From assembly GCA_027622315.1 (NCBI GenBank), contig JAQBZW010000001.1:433-64432 (forward strand): DNA of 64,000 nt, given 5' to 3'. Positions 18,002 through 28,215 of this stretch are shown here, in pieces. The notes beneath the pieces are model-generated. The model worked only from the letters and a program-made list of their open reading frames with translations. It did no database searches and was not told the DNA's origin. Positions within the stretch are counted from its first letter, which is position 1. Every line of letters starts with the position of its first letter. A program made the position numbers and the translations under genes. Source of the stretch: Chloroflexota bacterium (GTDB lineage: Bacteria > Chloroflexota > Dehalococcoidia > UBA2979).

Positions 18002-19116
18002 GCCGTCGACTCGTGACGCTCGGGCAGCCGCGCCTGCGGGCGACGGGCGGGGAACAGCCCCTCGGGCCGGAGCGCCATCACGGCGACCAGCAGCACGCCG
18101 AACACAATGAAGCGCGCGGATGCCACCTGCCGACCCCAGTCGGTGGTGTCCGCGAAGGGAACCGCGGGGTTGATCACGGAGAGCAGGCGTTCCGTCTCCG
18201 AGAACTGCATCACCTCCGGGAGGCCGATCAGGATCAGCGCCCCGAAGAGCACGCCGGGCGTGCTGCCCATGCCCCCGATCACGACGATGCTCAGCACGTT
18301 GATGGACACCGCGAGCGTGAACGAGGAGGGGTTCACGAACTGGAAGAAGCCCGCGAACACGAGGCCACCGAACGAGCCGATCGACGCGCCCATCGCGAAC
18401 GCCATCAGCTTGTATTTCACGGTGTTCACGCCCATGCCGGCGGCCACGTCTTCGTCCTCGCGGATCGCCTCCCACGCACGGCCCATGCGCGACGCGCGCA
18501 TGCGACCGACCGCGGTCGCGATCAGGAACGCGCTCAGCACGAGCAGCCAGTACCACTGGTCGAGCGAACGCAGCACCCAGCCCCCGAGCTCGGGACGGGG
18601 GATGTTGAACAGCCCCTGCGCGCCGTTCGTCAGACCGCGCACGTTGAGCAGCAGGATGCGGATGATCTCGCCGAACCCGAGCGTGACGATCGCGAGATAG
18701 TCCCCGCGGAGCGGCAGCACAAACAGGCCGAGCATCACCCCCACCGCTGCGCCGAGCGCGAGCACGACGGGGATCGCGAGCCACCAGTTCAGGTCGGCCT
18801 GGAGCGCAGGCGAAGCCGGGGACGCGAGGATCGCGTAGGTGTACGCGCCCGTCGCGAAGAACGCGACGAAGCCGAGGTCGAGCAGTCCCGCGTAACCGAC
18901 GACGATATTCAGCCCGAGACCGAGCACGACGAAGATGCCGACGAGCACGAGGATGCGCAGCCAGCGCGAATCGACCATCGGCCAGAGCGGGACGCTGAGC
19001 AGCAGCACGAGTAGCAGCAGCCGCGCGACCGGCAGGCGCGTGCGCTCCTCCGCGGCGTGCAGGGCTTCGCGAAGCGCCGCGAACGGCGCGCGCGTTCGCT
19101 CCATCGCCTCACGCAC
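17998..19116 (-). CDS. livM: branched-chain amino acid ABC transporter permease LivM
   Basis: A multi-TM permease: ...LGLNIVVGYAGLLDLGFVAFFATGAYTYA... It overlaps the livH stop. Confidence 0.85.
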   Translation of the reverse strand: MREAMERTRAPFAALREALHAAEERTRLPVARLLLLVLLLSVPLWPMVDSRWLRILVLVGIFVVLGLGLNIVVGYAGLLDLGFVAFFATGAYTYAILASPASPALQADLNWWLAIPVVLALGAAVGVMLGLFVLPLRGDYLAIVTLGFGEIIRILLLNVRGLTNGAQGLFNIPRPELGGWVLRSLDQWYWLLVLSAFLIATAVGRMRASRMGRAWEAIREDEDVAAGMGVNTVKYKLMAFAMGASIGSFGGLVFAGFFQFVNPSSFTLAVSINVLSIVVIGGMGSTPGVLFGALILIGLPEVMQFSETERLLSVINPAVPFADTTDWGRQVASARFIVFGVLLVAVMALRPEGLFPARRPQARLPERHESTA

Positions 19117-20038
19117 GCTTGCTCACCCGTTCGCCGAAGATGCCCGTGGGGCGCACGATCAACACGATCACGAGCAGGCTGAATGCGATCACGTCGCGCC
19201 ATTCGTTGGGCAGGGACACGCCCGGCAGCTCGTTCAGCAGCTCCCGACCGACGGTCTCGCTGAGCCCGAGGAAGTAGCCGCCCGCCATCGCTCCCGGCAC
19301 GCTGCCGATGCCGCCGACCACGGCGGCGGTGAACGCCTTGATGCCCGGCAGGAACCCCATCGTCCCGCGGATGTTCGGGATCCACAGCCCCTGCAGCACC
19401 CCGGCCACTCCCGCCAGCGCGGCGCCCACGATGAAGGTGGTCACGATCGTCCGGTCCACGTCCACGCCCATAAGCGACGCCGTGGCGCGATCCTCGGAGA
19501 CTGCGCGCATCGCGCGGCCGGTCCTGGTGCGCTGGATGAAGACGATCAGTCCGACCATCATCACGACCGACGAACCGATCAGAAACGCCTGGATGTAGCC
19601 AACCGAGAAGTCTCCGAGCCCCACTTCACCGGTGGGGAAGACGCGCGGGTAGACGCGGTCGCGGCCGCCGGTGAGCTTCAGCGCGACGTTCTGCAGCGCG
19701 ATGCTCACGCCGATTGCGCTGATCAGCGGCGCCAGCCGCGGGGCGTTCCGCAGCCGGCGGTAGGCGACGCGCTCGATCACCACCGCGGAGAACGAGGATG
19801 CCAGCGCCGCCGCGATCATCGCCGCGAGCAGCGCGACGATCAGCATCGGCCCGGCGATCGCGGAGCCGCCGAGCAGCAGCAGCACCGCCCACCCGGCGAA
19901 GGCGCCAATCATGAAGATCTCACCGTGGGCAAAGTTGATCATCTGCAGGATGCCGTAGACGAGCGTGTAGCCAAGTGCGATCAGCGCGTACACGCTGCCG
20001 ACCGTGAGGCCGTTGACGAACTGATCAAACCAGAACAC
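19109..20038 (-). CDS. livH: branched-chain amino acid ABC transporter permease LivH
   Basis: MFWFDQFVNGLTVGSVYALIALGYTLVYGILQMINFAHGE... Confidence 0.85.
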   Translation of the reverse strand: MFWFDQFVNGLTVGSVYALIALGYTLVYGILQMINFAHGEIFMIGAFAGWAVLLLLGGSAIAGPMLIVALLAAMIAAALASSFSAVVIERVAYRRLRNAPRLAPLISAIGVSIALQNVALKLTGGRDRVYPRVFPTGEVGLGDFSVGYIQAFLIGSSVVMMVGLIVFIQRTRTGRAMRAVSEDRATASLMGVDVDRTIVTTFIVGAALAGVAGVLQGLWIPNIRGTMGFLPGIKAFTAAVVGGIGSVPGAMAGGYFLGLSETVGRELLNELPGVSLPNEWRDVIAFSLLVIVLIVRPTGIFGERVSKRA

Positions 20039-20144
20039 GCGGCGATGCTACCGTCCCCGGCCCCGACGCGGCCGATCAATGCGGACAAACGGAAGGCGCC
20101 GCCCGTGCGACGCCTCCCGTGACGTGACGTGGCCGCCGTCGAGG

Positions 20145-21413
20145 CTACCCCTCGAACGGAACGAACTGGCCATCCTTGACGATGAAGAAGGAGACCGGCG
20201 TCTCGCCGCCGGCGTTGTCGCCCTTCTCGTCGAACGCGATGCGCCCGATCGCGCCGGTCAAGTCGGACGCCGCGATCGCGTCGCGAAGCTTGCCGAGGTC
20301 GATCTTCAGCGTGGCGCCGTCGACCTCCGCGACCTGCTTCAGCGCGGCAATCAGGACCGAAGCGGCGTCGTACGACTCAGCGGTGAACGGCGAGGTGTCC
20401 GCTTCCTTGCCGTAGGCGGCGAGGTAGCCCGTCTTGAACGTGGTGTACACATCGCCGCTCAGGGTCGGGCTCGGAAGCGACAGGTACGCGCCCTCGGCCG
20501 CCGCGCCCGCGAGCGTGATGAACTGCTCGTCGCGCACGCCGTCCGCGGAGAGGAACGGCATCGTCTGCCCGCTCTCGCGAAGCTGCGTGATGAAGGGCAC
20601 GGCCTCGCCGAAGAAGCCCGAGAAGAAGACCGCGTCCGGCTTTGCCTGCTCGATGTTCGTGACGATCGAGGAGAAGTCCGTCGCGCCCTTCTCGAAGCCC
20701 TCGCTACCGAGCACCTCGCCGGTGTAGGCCTTCTCGAACTCGTCCTTCAGGCCCTGGCCGTAGGCGTCGTTGAAGAAGACCACGTAGACCTTCGCGGCGG
20801 TGAGCGTCTCGCTCGCGAACTTCGCGAGCGCGGGCCCCTGAATGGCATCGTTGTACGTGACGCGGAAGAACGTCGCGTACGGGGCGCGCCCCGCCGGCGC
20901 AGTACTGGCGACTGCCGTCGAAGACGGCGAGATCGTCGTGATGCCGGCCTCTTCGTAGAGCGGCTGTGACGCGATTACGGACGAAGAGCACACCGGGCCC
21001 ACCACGCCGACGACGCCGGCGTCGATCAGCTGCTGTGCCGCGGACGTGCCGCCCTCGGACGAGCACTGGTCATCCTTGCGCTCGAACGTGATCGCGTGAC
21101 CCTCGATCGTGACGTCCTTGCCGGCCAGCTCGGCCGCCTGCGCGATCGGAATGCCGAGCGCCTGCAGGTCGCCGGTGAGAATCGTCGAGATACCGATCTT
21201 GATCGGCTCTCCGGCACCCACGGTGATCACCGGATAGCCTGACTCCGGTGGTGCCACCGTGGCAGTGGCTCCACCTGCAACTGCCGTCCCTGTAGCGACA
21301 GGCGTACCAGTAGCCTCATCGTCGCTGCTGCCGCACGCGACGACGGTCAGCGCCATCGCGAGCATGAGCACCAGCAGCCAGCTCACACGTACCCATCGGG
21401 TACTCAATCGCAT
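20145..21413 (-). CDS. livK: branched-chain amino acid ABC transporter substrate-binding lipoprotein (LivJ/K family)
   Basis: MRLSTRWVRVSWLLVLMLAMALTVVACGSS has a lipobox. The periplasmic binding-protein fold is recognisable. GGAGGA lies 6 nt before the ATG. Confidence 0.85.
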   Translation of the reverse strand: MRLSTRWVRVSWLLVLMLAMALTVVACGSSDDEATGTPVATGTAVAGGATATVAPPESGYPVITVGAGEPIKIGISTILTGDLQALGIPIAQAAELAGKDVTIEGHAITFERKDDQCSSEGGTSAAQQLIDAGVVGVVGPVCSSSVIASQPLYEEAGITTISPSSTAVASTAPAGRAPYATFFRVTYNDAIQGPALAKFASETLTAAKVYVVFFNDAYGQGLKDEFEKAYTGEVLGSEGFEKGATDFSSIVTNIEQAKPDAVFFSGFFGEAVPFITQLRESGQTMPFLSADGVRDEQFITLAGAAAEGAYLSLPSPTLSGDVYTTFKTGYLAAYGKEADTSPFTAESYDAASVLIAALKQVAEVDGATLKIDLGKLRDAIAASDLTGAIGRIAFDEKGDNAGGETPVSFFIVKDGQFVPFEG

Positions 21414-21582
21414 CTCTTGTCCTCCGGAATACAGCTCTTGATGCGCACGTGCGTCTGCCCGTGCACAGTTCTTCAACCTAACAACGCCTTCACCGACGAT
21501 CCATACGCACGCAACGGCCGGGACGGACGCATCTGCGGATCGGGCCGGCCGGACCCGGGGCGGCCTGCCGCGACCGAGCACG

Positions 21583-22425
21583 TCACCACGGCGTGCCCTC
21601 GCTGGCCTGCTCGTCGAAGCGCGCGTTCTGTGCCTTCGACCACGCCACGCGATTCGCGTCCGCGTCGCTTGCGGCGCCACCGGAGCCACCGATCAGCCAG
21701 AAGTTCCCGGAGGCGCGCACGGCGGCGCTCTGCCCCATGATGTCCGCGGCCTGGTTGATCGACATCTTCGAGAGCTTCAGCGCATAGAGATCGTTCAGTG
21801 CCACCCGGCGCGCGAGCCACATCGTGGCGTCTTCAAGCTGCGCTCGCGGCACCACCCGGTTCACCATGCCCAGGCGATGCGCCTCCTCGGCGTCGACGAA
21901 GTCGCCCGTCCAGAGGTGCTCCTTCGCCTTCTTGATGCCGAGCTCCCAGAAGTGCGTCGGGTACTCGTGATGGGCACCACCCCAGCGCACCGATCGGTCC
22001 GCGAAGAGCGCGTCGTCCGCCGCCACCGCCAGATCGCAGGCGGCGACGAGCATCCACGAGCCCATGATGCAGTAGCCCTGCACCATCGCGATCGTCGGCT
22101 TGCCGATGTTTCGCCAGCGGTCGTGCAACCGCCAGTAGACGCCGCGATCCATCGACTCGAGCCGGCCGAGCGCCGACGTGTCGCGCGGAAAGTCCTCGAG
22201 CTCCGCCCGCGCCTCGTCCGTGCCGAGATCGTGCCCGCCGCCGAAGTGATCGCCGGCTCCGGCCACCACGATCACCTTGACGCTGTCGTCGCCCTCCGCG
22301 CGCGCGAATGCCTCGTCGAGCTCCGCGTATACGCGGCGGCTGATCACGTTGCGCTTCTCGGGACGGTTGACCGTCACCTTCACGATGTCATCGCGCTGTT
22401 CGTACAGGACGTGCTTCAGTTCCAC
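21583..22425 (-). CDS. enoyl-CoA hydratase/isomerase (crotonase) family protein
   Basis: VELKHVLYEQRDDIVKVTVNRPEKRNV...VIVVAGAGDHFGGGHDLG... A GTG start follows GGAGG (7 nt). Confidence 0.7.
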   Translation of the reverse strand: MELKHVLYEQRDDIVKVTVNRPEKRNVISRRVYAELDEAFARAEGDDSVKVIVVAGAGDHFGGGHDLGTDEARAELEDFPRDTSALGRLESMDRGVYWRLHDRWRNIGKPTIAMVQGYCIMGSWMLVAACDLAVAADDALFADRSVRWGGAHHEYPTHFWELGIKKAKEHLWTGDFVDAEEAHRLGMVNRVVPRAQLEDATMWLARRVALNDLYALKLSKMSINQAADIMGQSAAVRASGNFWLIGGSGGAASDADANRVAWSKAQNARFDEQASEGTPW

Positions 22426-22602
22426 GCTTCCGCCTCCACATCGCGCACGCCGTTCGCGGCGTCGCTGCCCGCACCCGGTTGCCGTCGAAGCCGCGGCTTC
22501 GTCACACGCTGCCCGGCACGCACGCATTACAGACGCCATCACGACCTGTCAACGCGAGGCGTGGCGGGAGGCGAGACGGGCGTGCGACGGGGGTCAGCCG
22601 AC

Positions 22603-23514
22603 TCAGCCGAGGCGGCTCACGACTTCATCGACGTGCCGCGCGACGAGCGCGGGCGACTCCATGGGGATGAAGTGCGTGCCGTGATCCAGCGGCACGTCCT
22701 CGCCGTGAGCGAAGCGGGTGGCGAGGTCCGGCGGCGTCGGCGACGACGTGAACGCGCGCGGCGCGCCCGCCTCCGCGACCGGCTGCGCCGGCGCGCGAAT
22801 GACGCGCACCGGGACCGTGATCCGAGCGACCTCATCCGCGACGTCCGTGCTGCCCGCGTGGGCGTAGACGTCCGCTTCGACGAGCGGTGGACACGCCAGC
22901 TCGAAGCCACCCTCGGCTAGGGGCAGCAGCCCGTAGCGGCAGTAGTCATCGAGCACGGCCGGCTCCCAGTCGCTGAACGGGGGTCGCGTTGCGAACCGCT
23001 CGATCATCTCCTCCGGCGACGCCCAGCGGTCACGCCGGCGCGCGACGAACGACGAGCTCGGCGGCTCACCGTCGGCGGCGTCGGGCCGCGCGGCGCCGCC
23101 GATCACCGGGTCGACGAGTACGAACCCCGAGAACCGATCTGGCTCGCGTCCGGCCGCGTACATCACCGAGTGCCCGCCCATCGAGTGGCCCACGCCAACG
23201 ATGCGCGTGAGGTCGAGCTCGCGCACGAGCGCGGTGAGGTCATCGCCGAAGCGCGCCCAGGCATACGGCCCATCCGGCCGCTCGCTGCGGCCATGCCCGC
23301 GCATGTCGACGGCGTATGCGCGCCGGCCGGGCAGCCGCCGGATCACCTCGTCCCAGCAGCGGGCGTGGAAGCCCGTTGCGTGCACGAACAGCAGCGGCGG
23401 ACCGTCCCCGGCCCACTCGAAAACGCACAGCCCGACGCCGTTCGCGGTCACGCGCGACTCGACGGGCTGCTCGTCCTCCGGTCGGCGGGCTACGTGGAAG
23501 GACTCGTCGGTCAT
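22603..23514 (-). CDS. alpha/beta hydrolase fold protein
   Basis: LLFVHATGFHARCWDEV...IVGVGHSMGGHSVMYAA contains GxSxG. Start ambiguous (GTG 23529 or ATG 23514). Confidence 0.7.
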   Translation of the reverse strand: MTDESFHVARRPEDEQPVESRVTANGVGLCVFEWAGDGPPLLFVHATGFHARCWDEVIRRLPGRRAYAVDMRGHGRSERPDGPYAWARFGDDLTALVRELDLTRIVGVGHSMGGHSVMYAAGREPDRFSGFVLVDPVIGGAARPDAADGEPPSSSFVARRRDRWASPEEMIERFATRPPFSDWEPAVLDDYCRYGLLPLAEGGFELACPPLVEADVYAHAGSTDVADEVARITVPVRVIRAPAQPVAEAGAPRAFTSSPTPPDLATRFAHGEDVPLDHGTHFIPMESPALVARHVDEVVSRLG

Positions 23515-23658
23515 CGCTGCTCGATTCACGTTGACGGGGAACGCGACGGGTTCGCCTCCGGGGCGGCTCGGGGCGGTCGCACGATACCGGCGCGGCGTCG
23601 GCGCGCTCCGACACGGGTTCGACCGAGGGCCGAGTCTTTACCTAGAATGGGCGACCGC

Positions 23659-23733
23659 GGCAGGGTAGCTCAGTGGTAGAGCAGGGGACTCATAAGCCCT
23701 TGGTCGGGAGTTCAACTCTCCCCCCTGCTACCA
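23659..23733 (+). tRNA. tRNA with anticodon CAT (tRNA-Met; initiator or lysidine-modified Ile2 not excluded), CCA encoded
   Basis: GGCAGGG-TA-GCTC-AGTGGTA-GAGC-A-GGGGA-CTCATAA-GCCCT-TGGTC-GGGAG-TTCAACT-CTCCC-CCCTGCT-A-CCA. Pairs 1:72 G-U and 31:39 A/G are imperfect. Confidence 0.8.
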
Positions 23734-23744
23734 ACTTCGAACGC

Positions 23745-23786
23745 GATGATGCCTCTGACCGCTGCCATGCGATCAGGGGCATCATC
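23745..23786 (+). terminator. long hairpin immediately 3' of the tRNA: GATGATGCCTCTGACCGC / GCGATCAGGGGCATCATC around loop TGCCAT
   Basis: Read from the sequence. About an 18-bp stem with one or two mismatches and no clear U-tract. Confidence 0.4.
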
Positions 23787-23902
23787 AATTCAGGCTCAAT
23801 CAGGGCTGAGAAGCGGCAGCCCGCGCGACGTGTCCGGGCTCACGGGCGCGTGCGCGACGCTCGTCGGCGCGTCCTCGGCGGGAACGCCCCGCCTCTGTCG
23901 AG

Positions 23903-25147
23903 TCAGTTGTCCGGCTGAATATTTGCGACGCCTGGGGTGAGACGGCGCCCGCCCCGCAGTACCGGCCGGCCCAGCGCCTCGTCTTCCTCAGCCGCGGCAA
24001 GCGCGCGTTCGTTCTCGCGGATCTTGCTCTCGATCGCCTCACCCGCCCGCTGCCACGTGCCCCGATTCTCGATCACGAACTTGTTCGACTCTCGGTAGTC
24101 GTCGAGCAGTCCATTGATCTGCGGGATCACGTAGCGCGCCACCAGGTCCCAGCTTCGTAGTGTGTTCTCACGATTCGCCCAGTCGTGGACGAAGCCGACG
24201 ACGCAGCCGAATCCGCCCGTGAGCTCTTCCATCTGACGGATACGCTCCACCAGATCATCCGGCGTACCGATCACCGCCGTGCTGACGTCGGAGAACGCGA
24301 CGGCATCAACCGCCTCGTCCGGCGTGCCGAAGATCGGCCCCTCGCCGGCCGCGAGCGTGCCCACCTGATATTCGTTGTTGTGCCGCATCAAGCCGTCGCG
24401 CGCCTGCTCGCGGGCCTGCTGCCTGGTTTCGGCGATGTGCCAGCTGAGGACGACCCGCCAGTTCTTGCGGTCGACCGTCTTGCCGTGCTTCGCCGCCGAC
24501 TCTTCGGCGAAGCTCCACTGCATCGGCAACGCGCGGATGCCTTCCCTGGACATCGAACCGAGCGACAGGATGCCCGTTTCGTGCTTGCCGGCGAGCGTCA
24601 TACCGGACGGACTCACGATCGAGGCGACCGCGAACTCCATGCTCTTCTGGACCGGCCTGAGCTGCAGCTTTGCGTCCCGGAGCGTGAACCACTCCGACTC
24701 ATGGCTGACCCGCTCCCCCGCGAGCAGGCGCCGGATCACGCCCATCGCCTCATCCTGACGGTCCCGTAGCACCATGGGGTCGACGCCCAGGGTGTGGGCG
24801 TCGGAAGGCAGCGCACCGGGACCGGAGCCGAAGATCACGCGACCGCGTGACTGGTGATCGAGCTGCACTAATCGCTGGGCGACCATGAACGGATGGTGGT
24901 ACGGCAGCGAGACCACGCCGGTGCCCAGCTTGATCCGATGCGTGCGCTCGGCAGCGGCCGCCAGGAAGAGCTCTGGCGACCCGATCACCTCCCAGCCCGT
25001 GGAGTGATGCTCGCCGCACCAGAATTCGTCATAGCCCAGGCGTTCGATGTGTTCGACGAAGGTCAGATCGCTTTGAATCTGGAGCGTCGGGTGCTCACCG
25101 ATCGGGTGATAGGGCGCGAGAAACGCACCGAACCGCAGATCAGCCAT
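23903..25147 (-). CDS. LLM-class (luciferase-like) flavin/F420-dependent oxidoreductase
   Basis: MADLRFGAFLAPYHPIGEHPTLQIQSDLTFVEHIERLGYDEFWCGEHH... has a TIM-barrel LLM signature. Confidence 0.8.
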   Translation of the reverse strand: MADLRFGAFLAPYHPIGEHPTLQIQSDLTFVEHIERLGYDEFWCGEHHSTGWEVIGSPELFLAAAAERTHRIKLGTGVVSLPYHHPFMVAQRLVQLDHQSRGRVIFGSGPGALPSDAHTLGVDPMVLRDRQDEAMGVIRRLLAGERVSHESEWFTLRDAKLQLRPVQKSMEFAVASIVSPSGMTLAGKHETGILSLGSMSREGIRALPMQWSFAEESAAKHGKTVDRKNWRVVLSWHIAETRQQAREQARDGLMRHNNEYQVGTLAAGEGPIFGTPDEAVDAVAFSDVSTAVIGTPDDLVERIRQMEELTGGFGCVVGFVHDWANRENTLRSWDLVARYVIPQINGLLDDYRESNKFVIENRGTWQRAGEAIESKIRENERALAAAEEDEALGRPVLRGGRRLTPGVANIQPDN

Positions 25148-25308
25148 CGCTGTACCTCATGTCGTGCCGCCTGGCGTACTCGACCAGATCGGCCCCACTT
25201 TAGTCGACCCCTCTCCACCGTTGGGACCCGCTGAACGGCCTCGGCGAGGCGTACGCGGTCCGCACGATGCGGTCGCTCACAGAGACGTCTGCCCGGCCCG
25301 GGCACTGC

Positions 25309-26436
25309 TCAGGCAACGTCCCTGTTCGGGTTGATCAGATACTTCTCGCCCGTCGCGCGCCTGTTGTAGACCGCGATGTGCTCCAGGCTCAGCGCCTCGC
25401 GGAGCGAGATCTCCCGGACGTAGTGGCTGGCGAAGGTGGTCTTCACCTCGTCGGCGACCCGCCGGCGCAGGCGTTCCGTTGCCTCCGGGCCGATGCGCGG
25501 GAGGAACGGCGTGAGCAACCACCCGCCGATACCCCACGCCATGCCATACGCGCGGCGGAGTTCCGTCGGCGAAGTGTCCAGGCCACCGTAGATGTACAGC
25601 TGCTTGTGCACGGACGAGCCGTACCGGTTGAACCCCGGCTCGTTCGCGCTCGCGGCCGCCTCCATGCACGTCAGGATGTCGCTGCCCAGGCGACCGCCGC
25701 CCACGGCGTCGAAGGCGAGCGTGGCGCGCGTCTTCGTGAGCGTCGCCGTCAGCTCGGGCATGAACGACGGCTGGCTCGAGTCGATCACGTGCTTCGCACC
25801 AATCGACTTCAACAGCGCCACCTGCTCGGGTGTGCGCACGATGTTCACGAGCTCGACGCCGTCGGCGAGGCAGATCTTCACCAGCATCTGGCCCAGATTC
25901 GACGCTGCCGCCGTGTGCACGAGCGCGCTGTGACCTTCGAGCCGCATCGTCTCCACGAACCCGAGCGCCGTGAGCGGATTGACGAAGCAGGACGCGCCTT
26001 CCGCGGGCGTCGTGCCTTCGTGCAGGAGCAGGCACTGGTCCGCCTTGACCACGCGGAACTGGGAGTACATCTCACGGCCGAGCACCGCCACCGTCCGCCC
26101 GAGCAGCGACCGCGCCAGTTCGCCCGAACCGGCCTCGACGACCACGCCGGCGCCCTCGTTGCCGACAGGCATCGGCTGATCGAAGCGCGCCGCCGCCATC
26201 GGCAGCAGCGCCGGCGCGATCGGTGCGGTCACGACCGGTGCTTCCGGCGTGCCTGACAGTTTCGCCTTCGTCATGTCGGCCGGGCCGAGCAAGAGGCCCA
26301 GGTCGGAGGGGTTGATGGGTGTGCCCTCGACACGGATCACGACCTCGTCCGGGCCGGGCGACGGTGTCTCCACGTCAACAAGCTCGAGTTTGAGCTGGCC
26401 GGCACTGCTGATGGTGGAACGGAGTTGCAGGGGCAT
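25309..26436 (-). CDS. MDR-superfamily (Zn-ADH/quinone oxidoreductase-like) oxidoreductase
   Basis: EVVIRVEGTPINPSDLG...PMPVGNEGAGVVVEAG...TAAASNLGQMLVKI... A GGGAGAAGG SD is present. Confidence 0.75.
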   Translation of the reverse strand: MPLQLRSTISSAGQLKLELVDVETPSPGPDEVVIRVEGTPINPSDLGLLLGPADMTKAKLSGTPEAPVVTAPIAPALLPMAAARFDQPMPVGNEGAGVVVEAGSGELARSLLGRTVAVLGREMYSQFRVVKADQCLLLHEGTTPAEGASCFVNPLTALGFVETMRLEGHSALVHTAAASNLGQMLVKICLADGVELVNIVRTPEQVALLKSIGAKHVIDSSQPSFMPELTATLTKTRATLAFDAVGGGRLGSDILTCMEAAASANEPGFNRYGSSVHKQLYIYGGLDTSPTELRRAYGMAWGIGGWLLTPFLPRIGPEATERLRRRVADEVKTTFASHYVREISLREALSLEHIAVYNRRATGEKYLINPNRDVA

Positions 26437-26646
26437 CTGGTTCGCCTTCTCCCAGGGAGCGCGCCGATCCGGTCCCGGAGCGGCGTCGGTCTGGCAGCGT
26501 ATCTCAACGCCGGGGGCGCCTTCGGTGCGACGTGCCCGGGGTGCGCGCGTCCGTCCCCCGGCGCTGTCCGCATCTGAGGCAGCCCCATGGAGCGATCGCG
26601 GCCGGCCCTTCGGCGAGTGCGGCCGGCGGCGGCGTCCGGGCTGCCC

Positions 26647-28194
26647 TTACGGGCGCATCGTCCGCATACGCGGGCCGAGCTCGCGTGTGGCGAGCTGGAT
26701 CTGCGCGTGCCGGATGAACTGCACGGCGAGCGGTCGCGACTCGCGCGGATCGATCAGGTCGTACAGCCCGAACGACTCCGCGCGAAAGAACGGTGAGCGG
26801 TCGCGCGAGTGCAGATCCTCCAGTTCCTGGCGGCGGGCATCGGGATCGGGCGCGGCCTCGATCTCGCGGCGATAGGCAGCCCACACGCCGCCCTCGATCG
26901 GGATCGAGCCCCACTCGCCCGACGGCCACGCGTAGACCGGGCCGTTGCCGTTGTGGTGCAGCCCTGCCGCGACCCCGTACGCGCGGCGCACGATGAACTT
27001 CATCCACGGCACGGTCGCCTGGCTCACGGCGGACTGTGCGCGCACGCCCTGTCGGAGCGTGCCCGCCGTCTCCGCCTCGACACCGACCATGAACCCGGGC
27101 TCGTCCTCGAAGCTCAGGACCGGCAGATGGAACGAGTCGCAGAGGTCGATGAAGCGCGTGAGCTTCTCGGAGGAGTCGGCGGTCATGGCGCCGCCCTCGA
27201 AGTTTGGGTTGTTGCACGTGACACCCACCGGGTAGCCGTCGAGCCGCGCCAGCCCGGTCATGAGCGAGCGGCCGAAGTACGGCGCGAGCTCGAAATAGCT
27301 GTCCTGATCGAGCACGCACGCGATCAGCTTGCGCGGGTTGAAGGGCCGCCGGCGGTCGCGCGGCATCAGCGAGAGCAGATCCTCATCGCGGCGATCTGCC
27401 GGATCCGCGCAGTCGCGACGCTGCGGGAGCATCCAGGCGTTGCTCGGCATGTAGGACAGGAACGTCTTGACCTGGCGCAGGCAGTCGGCCTCGTCCTCGG
27501 CGAGGTTGTCGACGATGCCGCTGCGCGTGTGCACCTGCCAACCACCGAGATCTTCCTTCGACACCGACCAGCCGAGCGCGCGCTCAACCACCGGCGGTCC
27601 GCCCGCGAACAGGAACGCGGTGTTGCGCGCCATGACCGAGAAGTGCGACTGCGCAACGCGCGCGGCAACGATCCCTGCACACGCGCCCATCGCGGCGGTG
27701 GCCACCGGCACGGTGCCCAGCAGATCCGCGTGCGGCGACACGGGCTGGCCAGAGATCGCGTTGCCCGAGTGACGACTGCGGTTCGTGCGCACGCTGCCGC
27801 CGGCGCCCTCGTGCAGCCGCACCAGCGGCAGCCGCATGCGCCGCGCCAGGTGCTCCATGTAGTAGCCCTTCGCGCTGCCGCCGCCGTCCGACGCGCCGCC
27901 GCGGATCGTCGCATCCTCGCCACCGATCACGACGTCCTGCCCGTCGATGCGTGCGGTGCCGATCACCGCGTTCGAGGGCGTCAGCGAAACGAGGTTGCCG
28001 TCGTCATCACGCTCGGCGGAGGCGGTGAGCCGGCCGATCTCCTGGAACGAGCCGACGTCCACGAGCTCGTCGATGCGCTCGCGAATCGTGAGCAGGCCGC
28101 GCGCGTGCTGCCGCTCGACGGCGGCCGGACCGCCCATCTGCTCGGCAAGCCTCCGGCGACGCTCGATCTCTTCGACTTCTGGCTGCCAGGTCAT
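26647..28194 (-). CDS. acyl-CoA carboxylase carboxyltransferase subunit family protein (AccD/PccB/methylmalonyl-CoA decarboxylase-like)
   Basis: 515 aa in a two-domain carboxyltransferase arrangement: ...DGQDVVIGGEDATIRGG... and ...AMTADSSEKLTRFIDLCDSFHLPVLSFEDEPGFMVG... GGGAGG lies 5 nt before the ATG. Confidence 0.75.
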   Translation of the reverse strand: MTWQPEVEEIERRRRLAEQMGGPAAVERQHARGLLTIRERIDELVDVGSFQEIGRLTASAERDDDGNLVSLTPSNAVIGTARIDGQDVVIGGEDATIRGGASDGGGSAKGYYMEHLARRMRLPLVRLHEGAGGSVRTNRSRHSGNAISGQPVSPHADLLGTVPVATAAMGACAGIVAARVAQSHFSVMARNTAFLFAGGPPVVERALGWSVSKEDLGGWQVHTRSGIVDNLAEDEADCLRQVKTFLSYMPSNAWMLPQRRDCADPADRRDEDLLSLMPRDRRRPFNPRKLIACVLDQDSYFELAPYFGRSLMTGLARLDGYPVGVTCNNPNFEGGAMTADSSEKLTRFIDLCDSFHLPVLSFEDEPGFMVGVEAETAGTLRQGVRAQSAVSQATVPWMKFIVRRAYGVAAGLHHNGNGPVYAWPSGEWGSIPIEGGVWAAYRREIEAAPDPDARRQELEDLHSRDRSPFFRAESFGLYDLIDPRESRPLAVQFIRHAQIQLATRELGPRMRTMRP

Positions 28195-28215
28195 GTCAGT
28201 ACCTCCCGGGCGGCG

